A DNA stretch of 63,154 nt, filler included, from Chiloscyllium plagiosum (taxonomy: Eukaryota), in the NCBI RefSeq assembly GCF_004010195.1. It is 3 parts of one record of this genome, joined end to end, with 100 filler letters (N's around TTAATTAATTAA, not from the genome) between each part and the next. Parts side by side here need not be neighbours in the genome. Positions count along the whole stretch, not along the records: positions 11,206 to 40,215 come from NC_057711.1; 2 more parts are not named here. The stretch is one strand, 5' to 3'. The notes under the pieces were generated by a model. That model made no database searches, was not told where the DNA came from, and saw only the letters and a program-made list of their open reading frames with translations. The position numbers were made by a program, and so were the translations under genes. Shown here piece after piece: positions 11,796 to 25,241 of this stretch. Numbering within the stretch: position 1 is the stretch's first letter; each line of letters opens with the position of its first letter.

Positions 11796-12320
11796 TGAAA
11801 TAATTTCACAGACACCGTCATCAAGTCACCCTTTCTTTACACACAGAGTCCTTGACTCTGGCGCAGCCTCATTAGAGTCAACATGGTGGTTAGCACTGCT
11901 ACCTCACAGCACCAGAGACCTGGGTTCAATTCCCACCTCCGGCAACTGTCTGCGTGGAGTTTGCACATTCTCCCTGTGTCTGCGGCGGTTTCCTCTGGGT
12001 GCTCCAGTTTCCTCCCACAGTCACAAAGATGTGCAGATCAGGTGAATTGGCCGTGCTAAATTGCCCGTGGTGTCAGGTGTAGGGGATTAGGTCTGGGTGG
12101 GTTGCTCTCCCGAGGGTCGGTGTGGACTTGTTGTGACAAAAGGCCTGTTTCCACACTGTAAGTAATCGAATCTAGAGTCAGCATTCAGAGTGCCACAATC
12201 TCTGACATTCCTCTTTTTAGCTGTCAGCCTGGGCTCTTTCTGATTGGACCGTATGAACAGCCCCGAGCCGGGAACTCTCATTCTGAGATCCACCTGGCTG
12301 ACCTCATCACAATCACTACA
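11796..12320 (-). repeat. 3' LTR of Gypsy A (contains SINE)
   Basis: TGTAGTGATTG...TATTTCA on minus strand, preceded by polypurine tract. Confidence 0.9.
11881..12172 (+). mobile_element. HE1-type SINE
   Basis: A/B boxes, CR1-like tail; 8-bp TSD TAGAGTCA (11873-11880, 12173-12180). Confidence 0.9.
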
Positions 12321-13813
12321 TCCCTCCCCCTCTGAGTGCAAGGACATAGGCCAATCCTTTCTCTTGTAGCGCCTCCTGAGGTGTTTTAGCACCAGGTCCG
12401 GTTTAGTCGACTCTGTGTCAGATCCGGGTGGCATTTAATGCCTAGGAGCTCACGTCTCGCTCACCTTGTCAGCAAATGTGGCAAATTTCATCATTTCCAG
12501 ATTCAGCGATCTCTTCAAAGCTTTATAGAGAGGGAGAACGCAAGGGCTCTGACAGTTTCCTAACAGCAGGACACAAAGTGTTCCTGCACCATTTGCGAGT
12601 TTGTGGCTTTCATATGGTCCATGTGCTTGTTGAGGACTATCGCTCCTACTCGAACTTTATATGTCACTGGTTCTGATCTTGCCTTGAACAAACCTCTTAC
12701 CAATAAAGGGTCATTTTGGTGGTTCCTACGTCAATTGAACTAAACAGATTCTCTCGTTTGCTTGGTATTGGTGTTCCCGAGGCCGTTTCACCTGCCCCCC
12801 AGGTCCAGTAGGATCAAATTTAATCTAATTGGGATTCCTTCTCCCAATCAGCAATTCTGCTGGGGCTATCCCTGTAGATGCATGATTATAGGCAGGTCCT
12901 ATAATCAAATAGGAGCTGGGACAGTTTGGTTTCTCGTGAAGCAGGCTGCTTCTTCAAGCTTGCATTCAAAGTTTGGACTGGTCTTTCTGTCAGGTCGTAG
13001 GATGATGGATGGTATGCAGCTGTCCTTATATATCGAAAGCCGTTTGACTTGAGGAAATACTCAAATTCCAGCTGGCAAATGGTAAATCTATGACCAACAC
13101 TTCCAGGAGCCCATGTATCGAGAAAGAGATGCACAGTCTTTCTAATGTCATCCAGTGCTTGGTGAACATATTCCATGGGTGAGCAGCTGCAATGGCCAAG
13201 AACATTGAGCCCATGAAAGAACATGCATAGTCAAAGTGTAACCAAGTCCAGAGTATACCCAGACAGTCCCACGAATGTGGGAGAGCTGCTGGCAGTAATT
13301 TTTGCCCTGTTGGCATTCTGGGCACTGCTCCACCAATGCAGCTATGTCTGCATCCAATCCTGGCCATCAGGCGTAACTTCTCGCCAACATCTTCATTTTG
13401 GAAACCCCTGGATGAGTTCAGCCATAGTTAACCGAGATCTTTGCTTGGGACAACCATTCTTGCTTCCCCTAATAATATGCCATCCTCTACAACTGGTCTC
13501 TCCAGGTTCAGAAAGGTTTCAATTCTGGTTGTGACAGCTTCTTGTTTACCCCATCACCATCAGCTGTTTTGCCAGGACTAGGTCCGTCTGCATCCATAGT
13601 CTAATATTGTCAGCTGTGACTCTGTCTATAAAGGTATTGATGGAACGTCCTGACTCCAATATGACCGTCAAACCAGCCTTCCCTACCTGGGTGTATTTAC
13701 ACTCTGCATTAGCCAATATCCTGGATGCACTTACTATTGGGCGTCCACTCTATTGGGCCACCTTTGACCTAATACTACCATGGGGAGAATTTGTGTGTCA
13801 ATTCCAGATCTCA

Positions 13814-14077
13814 GCTTAAAAATGTGTTGCTGGAAAAGCGCAGCAGGTCAGGCAGCATCAAAGGAGCAGGAGAATCGACATTTCGGGCACAAGCCCTTCT
13901 TCAGGAATGAGGAGGGTGTGCCAAGCAGGCTTGGCACACCCTCCTCATTCCTGAAGAAGGGCTTATGCCCGAAACATCGATTCTCTTGCTCCTTTGATGC
14001 TGCCTGACCTGCTGCGCTTTTCCAGCAACACATTTTTAAGTTCTGATCTCCAGCATCTGCAGTCCTCACTTTCTCCT
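13814..14077. mobile_element. Penelope pLTR fold-back (head-to-head) insertion with two hammerhead motifs
   Basis: Arms 13814-13926 and 13929-14041 are near-perfect reverse complements; degenerate 14-bp TSD 13800-13813/14078-14091. Confidence 0.9.
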
Positions 14078-14423
14078 AATACCAAATCTCACTCAGGATC
14101 ATAATGTGCCAAAGCCTTACAGGATGATAGTTGTTTCTTCACTTCCCTGAACACTATGGCTTGGCTATGCAACCATTTCAAAGGCTGAATCTTTTGTAGG
14201 AGTTTATGCAAAGTTGCTAGTATGTAGGCCAGGTTATGTATGAACATTCTATAATAATTCGCCAACCCAGGAAAAGACCTAAACACCGGTACAGACATGA
14301 GAGCCAGGGCAGCTTTGATCACTCCCACATTATCTTCCAACCGGTGTAACTCGGTCTTGTCAACTCAAGTAAGTCACTTGGGGTTCCTGGAACCCACATT
14401 GCTTTCCCTTCTATGGCATATGT

Positions 14424-15351
14424 TGTGATGAAGCTGCTCCTTTAACAAGGTTATGCTGTCCTTGGATTTTGTTTTAAAGAAGTCGTAAATGACACAGACT
14501 CCGAAAAGTCTGGGGTTGAAGGGTTTTAGGGCTAATTTGTTTATAGCTAACAGATACTGCCTCAGGCAGAAAGCTTTCGTGTTTAAAAAAAACACTTGCA
14601 CAATGAAAAGGGAGTGGCCAGTTCTCTCGGCTCCGGTTTTCTCTGGGTGGGTTTTTTTAGCAGCAGTGTGAAGAAAGGCTGCTGGACCCACAGAAGCAGG
14701 TCCAAGCTGGTACTCTCTCTCTCTCTGACTTCTATCCTGAAAGAACTTGCGTTTGATTTTATCTTTTGTGCCAAGGGGTGTTTGTGGGGATTGTTGCAAG
14801 TATTTGCAACAGCATCATTAAGTTGGGATGATCTCTTGGATTTTCGGAGGTGTTAAGCTATCCATTATTCTGTTTTCTGTTGTTTGTGTTTCATTCTGTA
14901 ATGGAGGGCGGCATGGTGGCTCAGTGGTTGGAACACGGGTTCCATTCCCAACTTGGGCAACTGTCTGTGTGAAGTTTCCATATTCTCCCCATGTCTGCAT
15001 TGGTTTCCTCCCACAGTCCAAAGTTGTGCAGGTTAGGTGAATTGGTCATGCTAAATTGCCTGTAGTGTTAGGTGTCTTAGTCTAAGGGTGAATATAGGGG
15101 AATGGGCCTGGGTGGGTTGCTCTTCGGAAGGTTGGTGTTGACTTGTTGGGCTGAAGGGCCTGTTTCCACACTGCAGGTAATCTAATCTAGTATTCTTGTA
15201 AATAAATTCTGTTTTGTTTAAAACTAACTGGTTTAACCAGCTGATTCTCTGCTGGAATATCCACCGTACACCTGCTTAAAACAACTAGCAAAGTTAGGGT
15301 CTGGGCTACCTTCTTGAAATGTTTTGAGGGGGTCTGGCCTGATCCGTAAGA
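14424..15351 (+). repeat. 5' LTR of element B (SINE inserted)
   Basis: TGTGATGAAGCTGCTCC start matches TGTAATGAAGCTACTCC at 19979. Confidence 0.9.
14905..15188 (+). mobile_element. HE1-type SINE in 5' LTR of B
   Basis: SINE body and TAATCTAATCT tail; absent from the 3' LTR copy. Confidence 0.85.
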
Positions 15352-15494
15352 GACTGGAGGCTCCTTGTGGGATTTGTTCTGTAGTTCCAAATTGGGATTA
15401 AAGTTGTGGCACTCGAAGGCAGCAAGTGGTAGATGTTAGTGTCTTTTGTTCTGGGTGTTGATTTTTGTTGGTTTAAATAGTGCTTGGGATATCA

Positions 15495-18400
15495 ATGGCT
15501 TTTACAGTCACCAAGAGTTTTCTGGGAGTGGAAGAGGTGACCTTCAAGGCCAAGCTGCAGGAATTAACAGACAAGCTGGAGTTGGAGCTGCCTCCTTCCG
15601 TCAGGAAAGTAGAGATAATTACAGCAGTAGCTCAGCATTTAAATTGGCTAGAAACGACAATAGAATCTTTAGGGATGGCTAAAATTCTATTGAAAATGTA
15701 GCAGCTTGAGTTAGAGGCAAAAGACGAAGAATTATGATTAAAAGAAGAGGAAAGAGAAAAAGAACAAATTGCTTTCGTGGAAGAGAGAGAAAAAGAGAGT
15801 TTAAATTTCAGAAATTGGCACTTCGACAGGAGTTCAAAAATTTACTTTCTGAAGTAATGGGATCTTATGCGGAAGAACAGAGAGTTAAAACAGCCAGATT
15901 AGCAGCTGAAATGTCTAATGATTATGAGTTGGTCCATAAAGCAAAGTTTAGCTTCCAGAATCAATTCCAATCCGCGAGGGATAGAAATTGGAGAAAAGCG
16001 AAATCCTCACATGGAAAGGGAAAGATAGATCTCGCTGAAGATCATAAAGATAACTTACCACAGGGTAAAAAGAAAACCTTTGAAATGGACAGAGAAGTTA
16101 AAAGGCTCTGGCGTTTTCACTGCAATAAAGTAGGCCACGTGAAATCACAGTGTTGGTGGGTTAGGAGAAGCACTGGGAAGCCAGATTCTTCACTCAGCGA
16201 GTCGTTAGTTCATGGAATGCCCTGCCAGTAACAGTGGTGGACTCTCCCTCTTTATGGGCATTTAAGAGGGCATTGGATAGGTATATGGAGGATAGTGGGT
16301 TAGTGTAGTTTAGGTGGGCTTGGATCGGCGCAACATCGAGGGCCCAAGGGCCTGTACTGCGCTGTATTCTTCTATGTTCTATGTTCTATGTTCTATGTAG
16401 GAAAACAGGATGAGCCAGTGAATTTTGTTGATGTGGTAACTAGTGGAGGCTAGAAAGCTGCACCAGAATGTACAAGCTGGTCAGAGGTTGGTTAAGGAGG
16501 AAGAACCAGATCTTAAACCAGATACTTGCAAAGATAAAGTTTATTCACATAGGTCAGGAACAGCAGATAAAGAGGTTACAATATTAAGAGACACGGGATC
16601 CTCTCAATCTGTGATCCTGAAAGATGAGGAGAAATGTATTTCTGAAGGACTATTGCCAGAAAAGGTACTAGTAATGGGAATTCATGGTGAGAGAAGAAGT
16701 GCTCAATTATGTAAAGTCAGGTTAGAGTGTCCATTGAAGAATGGAGAAGTCATGGCAGGAGTACAGGACAAACTCTCAGCTCTAGCAATACACTTTGTCC
16801 TTGCTAATGATATAGCTGGTTCACTGGCAGGAGTGCTACCTTCTGGGGTTGAAAAGGCAGCAGAAACCCAGGCAACGGAACTATTGCAGGACATATATCC
16901 TGGGATTTTTCCTGACTGTGTGTTAATGAGGTCACAAAGTCACCAGCTGAAACAGGAGAGATCAAAGAGTGCAGGTATGAAAGTTGAAGTGGAATTAGCA
17001 GAGACCCTGTTTGATTAGATGGTTGGCACCAGAAGCTGATAGATGACAATATAGACATCTTTATCTCAGATAAATTAACTGAGTTACAGCAGAAAGATGA
17101 AAATTTAAAACAACTGTATCAAAAGGCATACATGGAAAACAAATCCAAATGTGTTCCTGAAAGTTATTATCATAAAAATGATGTCTTAATGAGAAAATGG
17201 AGAACATCACATATTTAAGCAGATGAGAAATGGGCAGAAGTTCATCAAATCGTATTGTCAGTGGGTTATAGAATGGAGGTGTTGCAAGTGGTGCATGAGC
17301 TACCACTTGGGGGTCATTTAGGAGTGAGGAAAACACAGGCTAAAATACACAAAAACATTTTTACTGGCTTGGACTGAACAAGGATTTTGCCAGACGTGTC
17401 ATACATGTCAGGTAATTGGAAAACCACAGGCATTAATAAAACCTGTAACTTTAATACCTATTCCAGCATTTGAGGAGCCTTTATAAAAGTCTTAATTGAT
17501 TGTGTAGATCCCCTACCTCAAATAAAAAGTGGGAGTCAGTATTTGTTAACGATAATGGATGTTTCGACAGATTTCCAGAGGCAGTTCCACTACACAATAT
17601 CATGGCTAAAAGAATTATAGAGGAGTTACTCAAACTTTTCACTAGATATAGATTACCGACAGAGATACAATCAGATCAAGGGTTAAACTTCACATCAAAA
17701 TTATTCAAGGAAGTTATGGACAGCTCATGAATAAAACAGTTCAACTCTACTGCATGTCATCCAGAGTCGCAGGGAGCATTAGAAAGGTGGCTTCAGACAT
17801 TAAAGACCATGTTGAGGGCTTATAGTCAGGATTATCCCAGATGATTGGGACAAGGAAATTACGTTTGTGCTTTCTACGATCAGAGATTCACCAAATGAAT
17901 CGATTAAATTCAGTCCATTTGAATTATTTTTTGGACATGAAGTGAGAGGACCATTAAAATTGATTAAGGAGAAATTGATAAGTCAGAATTCAGAGGCCAC
18001 AGATTTGGACTGTGTGTCAAGTTTTAGGGAACAATTAAATAGAGCTGGGAAGTAAGCTAGACAGCATTTAAAAGTATCACAGCATACAGTGAAACAGGAA
18101 ACAGACAAGAAATCAAAAATTCATAATTTTGCTATCAGGAGGAAGGTATTAGTGTTACTTCCAATGATAGGTGAACCCTTAAAAGTAAAGTTTAGTGGAC
18201 CTTATCAAGTCAAAAGGAAATTGAGTGAGGTGAACAACTTGATAGAGACTCCAGACAGAAAGAAATCTCACAGAGTATATCATGTGAATATGCTCAAAAG
18301 GTATTTTGACAGGGAAGGAAAGTCACAAGAGACTGTGTTGTTGATTACAACACAGAGTGAAGAACAAAGGTTAGAGGATTCTGAATTGGACCTTCCTCAA

Positions 18401-19785
18401 ATTAAATTGAACAATGAGGAAGTTGTCAAAAATTGGAATAAATTATTGAGTTACCTTTCAGAGGAAGACCGAAATGACCCGAAAGAGTTATTAATATCAC
18501 ATGGGGAGATATGCTGGGAAGTACTAACCTAATTATGCATAATGTAGATATCGGAGATGCTGTTCCAATTAAGCAACATCGTTACAGGCTTAACCTTCTA
18601 AAGTTGGCACAGGATCAGAGGAGTTTGAAGGCATGCTTCAAGACAACATAATTAAAGTGAGTTACAGTGAGTGGAGCTCACCCATAGTCATGATGCCAAA
18701 AGCAGATGGTACTCAACAGTTATGTGTGTACTATCACAAAGTCAAGGCAGTTACAAAGACTGATGCATATCCAATTCCATGTTTAGAAGACTGTGTTGAG
18801 AAGGTGGAACAAGCAACTTATATTTCTAAATTAAACTTGCTCAGAAGATGCTGGCTGCTATCTTTGTAGAAAGAGCAAAGACAATTTCGACTTTTGTAAT
18901 GCCAAATTGACTGCATCAGTTTAAAGTCATGCCATTTGAAAAATGTGCCAGCCACATTTCGGAGACTAACCAATAAGGTCATTGCCAGATTCCCCAATTG
19001 TGTTGCACATATTAATGACCTGGTGATTTTTAGTCACACATGAAAGAAACGTTTACAAAATTTATCAGACGTGTTTGATCGACTTTGTAAGGCAGGCTTG
19101 GTGATAAACCTGGCTAAAAGTGAAATTGCCAAAGGCCAATCACCTTGGACATGGACAAATGGCCCATGTGAATGCAAAAACAAAAGTAATTGGGGAGTTT
19201 TCCGTACCATTGACAAAAAGAGCAGTATTATGGTTCCTGGGATTGAGTGGATTTTATCAAAACTTTGTACCAAAGTTTCGCAGTGTGGCTGCTCCACTCA
19301 CTGAATTCCTAAAGGAAGGCAAGAAGTTTCAGTGGACAGTGGACTGTCAGAAGACATTTGACAGCCTGAACGCTGTGTAAGCCACTACCCTAGTATTAGC
19401 TACGCCTCATTGTACAAAGCCATTCAAGGTGGCTATTGATGCAAGTGATGTGGATGTTGATGAAGTGCTCTTGCAGGAAGATGACACAAAGATAGAAAGA
19501 CCTATTGGGTATCTCTCCAGGAAGTCAGATGTTCATCGGTAGAAATAATCAGTGGTTGATAAGGAGACTTTGGTCTTAGTGTTGGCATTACATGTCAGTG
19601 TTTATGTTACCAGTAACGTATCTGAGACAATCATATACACTGATCAGAACCCATTGAAGTTTGTGAAAAGATTTAAGGACAAAAACGCCAGACTGTTTAG
19701 ATGGAGCTTTTTGTTACAGCCATTCAATTTGAAAATTGTCCATGTGGCAGGACAAGAAAACATGATTGCCAAAACAGTGTCATAA
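15495..19785 (+). pseudogene. gag-pol of element B (frameshifted, stops)
   Basis: FHCNKVGHVKSQC knuckle; LRDTGSSQS protease; FPEAVPL..IQSDQGLNF integrase; WSSPIVM..DAYPIP RT; YTDQNPL..ARLFRW RNase H. Confidence 0.9.
16186..16395 (+). mobile_element. CR1 3' fragment inserted in gag of B
   Basis: WNALP..FKRALD coding and (TTCTATG)n tail. Confidence 0.8.
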
Positions 19786-19978
19786 CTCGAATGACAAACG
19801 GAGGAGTTCGCTGGCAGGAATACAACAGACTAAAACGGAATATAGTTGTGCATGTTTGCACATTTATGGTCAGTTTAATGTATATGTGTGTCTTACAGTA
19901 CTAACAATTTAGGTTTAAGGGATTTTAAAATAAAACCATCTTTGGGTATTGATGGTTCATTTTTTCTTAAGGGGGAGG

Positions 19979-22230
19979 TGTAATGAAGCTACTCCTTTAA
20001 CAAGGTTTTGCTGTCCTTAGCTTTTTTCTTAGAGAGGTTGTAAATGTCACAGATTCCGAAAAGTCTGGGTTTCAAGGGTTTTAGGGCTAATTTGTTTATA
20101 GCTAACAAATACTGCCTCAGGCAGAAGACTTTCATGTTTAAAGCAAACACTTGCACTTGAAAACTTAGAGGAATTGGGAATACAGTCTTGACCACATCAG
20201 GATTGATGTGCTAGAAACTTTGGAAAATGTTAATATTGATAAGTCCCCAGGGCTAGACCAGATTTATCCTAGGCTGCTCCGGGAAGCGAGAAAGGAGGTT
20301 GCTAAGCCGCTGGCGTGGATATTTGCCTCCTCACTCTCCACAGGAGTTGTACTGGAGGATTGGAAGGAAGCAAATGTTGTTCCTCTTTTCAAGAAGGGTA
20401 ATAGGGAAATCCCTGGCAATTACAGAGCAGTCAGTCTTATGTCTGTGGTCAGCAAAGTTTTGGAAAGATTTCTGAGGGATAGGATTTATGACTATTTGGC
20501 AAAGCATAATGTGACTAAAGGCAGTCAGCATGGCTTTGTGAGGGGCAGGTCATGCCTCACAAATCTTATTGAGTTCTTTGAGGAGGTGTCAAGACAGGTC
20601 GAAGACAGTCAAGCAGTAGATGTGTATATGGACTTCAGCAAGGCATTTGATAGGGTTACCCATGGTAGGCTCATTCATAAAGTCAGGAAGTATGGGATAC
20701 AGGGAGATTTGGCTATCTGGATTCAGAATTGGCTGGCTGACAGAAGGCAGAGAGTGGTTGTAGATGAAAAGTATTCTACCTGGAGGTCAGTGAGTGGGGT
20801 CCTGCAGGGCTCTGTTCTTGGGCCTGTGCTCCTTGTACTTTTTTTAAAATTACTTGGATGAGGAGGTTGAGGGGTGGGTTAGTAAATTTGCAGATGATAC
20901 AAAGGTTGGAGCTGTCATTGATAGTATAGAGGGCTACTGCAGGCTGCAGCGCGACATCGACAGGATGCAGAGCTGGGCTGAGAAATGCAGATGGAGTTCA
21001 ACCTGGATAAATGCAAAATGATGCATTTTGGGAGGTGGAACTCATTTCTGAATATAGGATTAAAGACCGGACTCTTGGCAGTGTGGAGGAACAGAGGGAT
21101 CTGGGTGTGCAAGTACATAGATCCCTCAAAGTTGCCAACCAAGTGGATAGGGTTGTTCAGAAAGCATATGGTGTTTTGGCTTTCATTAACAGGGGTATCG
21201 AGTTTAAGAACTGCAAGGTTTTGCTGCAGCTCTACAAGTCCCTGGTGAGGCCACACTTGGAATATTGTGTACAATTCTTGTCACCCTACTGTCGGAAAGA
21301 TACAGACACTTTGGAGAGGGTGCAAAGAAGGTTTACCAGGATGCTGCCTGGACTGAAGGGCTTGCCTTATGAAGAAAGGTTGAATAATCTTGGACTTTTC
21401 TCTCTGGAGAGAAGGAGGAAGAGAGGAGACCTGATCGAAGTGTACAAAATAATGTGAGGAATAGATAGAGTCAATAGCCAGAGACTTTTCCCCAGAGCAG
21501 GATTGACTGGTACGAGAAGTCATAGTTTGAAGATATTAGAAGGAAGGTATAAAGGAGACGTCAGAGGTAGGTTCTTTACACAGAGTTGTGAATGCATGGA
21601 ACGCATGGCCAGCAGTGGTGGTGGAAGCAGAGTCATTGAGGACATTTAAGCGACTGCTGGACATGCACATGGACAGCAGTGAGTTGAGGGGTATGTAGGT
21701 TAATTATTATATTTTACATTAGGATTAATTCTTGGCACAACATCGTGGGCCAAAGGGCCTGTTCTGTGATATTCCTGTCTATATTCTATGTTCGAATGAA
21801 AAGGAAGTGGCCAGTTCTCTCAGCTCCGGTTTTCTCTGGGTGGGTTTTTTTAGCAGCAGTGTGAAGAAAGGCTGCTGGACCCACAGAAGCAGGTCCAAGC
21901 TGGTACTCTCTGCCTCTGACTTCTATCATGAAAGAACTTGTGTCTGATTTTACCTTTTGTGCCAAGAGGTGTTTATGGGGATTGTTGCAAGTATTTGGAA
22001 CAGCATCATTAAGTTGGGATGATCTCTTGGGTTTTTGGGGACGTTAAGTTATTCGGTATTCTGTTTTCTGTTGTTTGTGTTTCATTCAGTAATCTTGTAA
22101 ATAAGTTCTGTTTTGGTTAAAACTAAGTTGTTTGACCAGCTGATTCTCTCCTAGAATATCCATTGTACACCTGCTTAAAACACGAAGCAAAATTGGGGTC
22201 TGGGCTACCTTCTTGAAATGTTTTGAGGGG
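19979..22230 (+). repeat. 3' LTR of element B, split by CR1 and 3'-truncated
   Basis: Matches 5' LTR up to CACTTGCAC (~20157), resumes AATGAAAAGG at ~21795, stops at TTTTGAGGGG. Confidence 0.88.
20158..21793 (+). mobile_element. 5'-truncated CR1 LINE (RT)
   Basis: ORFs 20208-20861 (KSPGLD, QHGF, YMDFSKAFD, QGSVLGP), FADD ~20888, 21011-21457 (LVRPHLEYCVQF). Confidence 0.95.
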
Positions 22231-22310
22231 AATGTCTAAGGACAATGTTCAAGTTCCCTAAGTGCTCCTTATTGGTCTTCCTTGTTATTAGCATATTGTC
22301 TAGATAAATA

Positions 22311-23302
22311 CCTCAAAAAAGGAGCAGCTGTTATAGCCAGAAACTTTTCCCTTCCTCCATCTTGGATTACCCAGATTCCTTAGAGGTACAGTCAATAATT
22401 TTGCAAATTCCACCAAAATTGGAGGTGTAGAGGACAGCGAAGAGGGTTACCTCAGATTACAACAGGAGTTTGACCAGATGGGCCAATGGGCTGAGAAGTG
22501 GCAGATGGAGTTTAATTTAGATAAATGCGAGGTGCTGCATTTTGGGAAGGCAATCTTAGCAGGACTTATACACTTAATGGTAAGGTCCTAGGGAGTGTTG
22601 TTGAACAAAGAGACCTTGGAGTGCAGGTTCATAGTTCCTTGAAGTGGAGTCGCAGGTAGTTAAGATAGTGAAGAAGGCGCTTGGGATGTTTTTTTTTATT
22701 GGTCAGAGTATTGAGTACAGGAGTTGGGAGGTCATGTTGCGGCTGTACAGGACAGTGGTTAGGCCACTGCTGGAATATTGCATGCAATTCTGATCTCATT
22801 CCTATCGAAAATTGAAAGGGTTCAGAAAAGATTTACAAGGATGTTGCCAGGGTTGGAGGATTTGAGCTACAGGGAGAGGCTGAAAAAGGCTGGGGCTTTT
22901 TTCCCTGGAGCGTCGGAGGCTGAGGGGTGACCTTATAGAGGTTTACAAATTTATGAGGGGCATGGATAGGGTAAATAGACAAAGTCTTTTCCCTGGGGTC
23001 GGGGAGTCCAGAACTAGAGGGCATAGGTTTAGGGTGAGAGGGGAAAGATATAAAAGAGACCCAAGGGTCAACTTCTTCACACAGAGGGTGGTATGTGTAT
23101 GGAATGAGCTGCCAGAGGAAGTGGCGGAGTCTGGTACAATTGCAACATTTAAAAGGCATTTGGATAGGTACATGAATAGGAAGGGTTTGAAGGGATATGG
23201 GCCGGGTGCTGGCAGGTGGGGCTAGATTGGGTTGGGTTATCTGGCCGGCATGGACGGGTTGGACCGAAGGGTCTGTTTCTGTGCTGTACATCTCTATGAC
23301 TC
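22311..23302 (+). mobile_element. 5'-truncated CR1 inserted next to the Gypsy A YLDD motif
   Basis: CR1 RT C-terminus (TRGHRFRV..WNELP); TAAATA at 22305-22310 and 23303-23308. Confidence 0.9.
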
Positions 23303-23767
23303 TAAATAGCGATCTGGGGTAGACTTGTGAAACGTGTTCCATTCTCCTCTGAAATATTGCACAGGGTGATGATACTTCAATCTCGTATATTAGTACAACC
23401 CCTTATGAGTATTTTTCTCGCTGTGAAATGCGGTTTAATGTTTGTTTAAAAGCCTCACAAAGGTGAATCTACCCATCCAACTTCAAAATTGTTTCAACAA
23501 AAACTGAGCTGGTTTGATGATTCCTTCACTTTCCAGCCTTCTGATTTCTGCCTCAACTTTTGCCCATAAGGCAAATAGCACTGGGCAGACCTTACAGAAT
23601 CATGGAATTCCTTCCTGGCCAACATGCAAGATAACCATGGCTCCTTTGATAGTCCCTAGACAAAGACTTCTGGGTATTTAATTAGGACTTCACTCAGGCA
23701 CCCATTTTCTAATTGAAAAATGCTGAGCCAATCTAAGTGAATCTCTCTCAACAGTTGTTTTCCTTAG

Positions 23768-24775
23768 AATTCACTAAAGAGCATGAAAACAACAGCAAAC
23801 TGCCATTCCTAGATGTCACAGTAGAGTGAACAGCCAATGAGGAACTTCAAATCAGCGTCTACAGGAAAACAATACATACAGACCAAATATTGAACTTCAG
23901 AAGCAATCATCCCGACATCACAAACGAAGCTGCATCAGAACATTATTCCAACGAGCCACCACACACTACAGCACAGAGGAACTACGCAGAGCAGTGGAAA
24001 ATCACCTATACAATGTATTCAAAATGAAAGGGTACCCAGTGAACACAGTGTGCAGGTTTCTCAGCAACAAACCTAAACGAGCAGACAAAACATGTCCAGA
24101 AACCCTAGCCACTCTCCCCTACATCAAAGACACCTCAGAAATGACTGCCAGACTATTCAGACCACTTGGCATTGTAGTAGCCCACAAACCCACCAACATA
24201 CTAAAACAGCAGCTAATGAACTTGAAAGACCCTATACAGACAACAGGCAAAACTAATGTCATTTACAAAATACCATGCAAGAACTGTAACAAACACTACA
24301 TTGGACAAACAGGCAGAAAACTATCCACCAGGATAGATGAACATTAACTAGCCACAAAATGACATGACCCTCTCTCACTAGTTTTCTTACATGCAGATGA
24401 GGAAGGACACCACTTCGACTGGACAACAAATCCATCTTAAGACAAGCCAAACAGAGACATGCACAAGAATTCCTAGAAGCATGGCACTGCAATCAGAAGT
24501 CTATCAACAACACATTGACTTGGACCGATTTATCGCCCCCTGAGCAAAAGAACAGGAAGACATCACCATAGGAAATGACTTCACCACAGGAAATGACATC
24601 ACCAACCCAAAGAAACCCAAACATATAAATAGAAAGCAGGAATCTTAGCAATGCTTCATCTGGAGGTTCACCTAGTGTGGTGATGAAACATCTGAACATG
24701 AACCTTCCAGCTCAGCGAGAAAACCTACACCCAGAACCTCAACCTGAGCAACAACTCTTCTCAAAACTCGCTAAA
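23768..24775 (+). mobile_element. Penelope-like element (RT thumb + GIY-YIG + pLTR)
   Basis: LPFLDV, ORF 23994-24347 TLPYIKD..NVIYKIPCKNCNKHYIGQTGR. Confidence 0.92.
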
Positions 24776-25026
24776 GTTAGGGTCCTAATAACCAAAAAGC
24801 TATGAGTCTGCAAGCTGTCAGAAGAATTACTCATTGCTTTTCATCTCCCCCAGTGTCAGTTGCTCAGAAAAAATAACACATTCTTTCCATATATTGGGCC
24901 CAGTCTTCAACAGGAGAGTTTAACTAGTCCAAAAGAATGGCTTGATGCCAGAAATGCTTTACTTCAACTCAAAAATGACTATCGTGAGCAAGGATCTTCA
25001 AGAATGTGTTTTTTTCTTGTCGTTAC

Positions 25027-25241
25027 TAAAATAATTCCACAGAGGCTGGTATCCTGTCACCAAGTCATCCTTTATTTATTTACACATGAGGATAAGAGCC
25101 AGCTCTCAAAGTGAACAGAATCTCTACCATTACTTTTTATGTCTGTCAGCCAGGGCTCCCTGATTGGACTAGATTAGCAGCCCCAATCAGAGAACTCGTA
25201 TTCTGTGGGTCCACCTGGTTGACCTTGTTACAATCACTACA
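25027..25241 (-). repeat. 5' LTR of Gypsy A
   Basis: Homologous to 11796-12320; followed on minus strand by PBS-like sequence. Confidence 0.88.

Larger units (their letters stand above)
14424..22230 (+). mobile_element. Gmr1-like Gypsy LTR retrotransposon B nested in Gypsy A RT
   Basis: LTRs 14424-~15351 and 19979-22230; degenerate tRNA-Pro-like PBS ~15354-15372; PPT AAGGGGGAGG 19969-19978; domain order gag-PR-IN-RT-RH. Confidence 0.9.
11796..25241 (-). mobile_element. Decayed two-LTR Gypsy retrotransposon A with nested insertions
   Basis: 5-bp TSD CAAAT at 11791-11795 and 25242-25246; PBS-like GTAACGACAAG 25016-25026; gag ~24780-24900; RT 23310-23760, YLD(N) ~22290-22310, 14090-14420; integrase 12700-13500; PPT 12321-12331. 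Confidence 0.9.
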
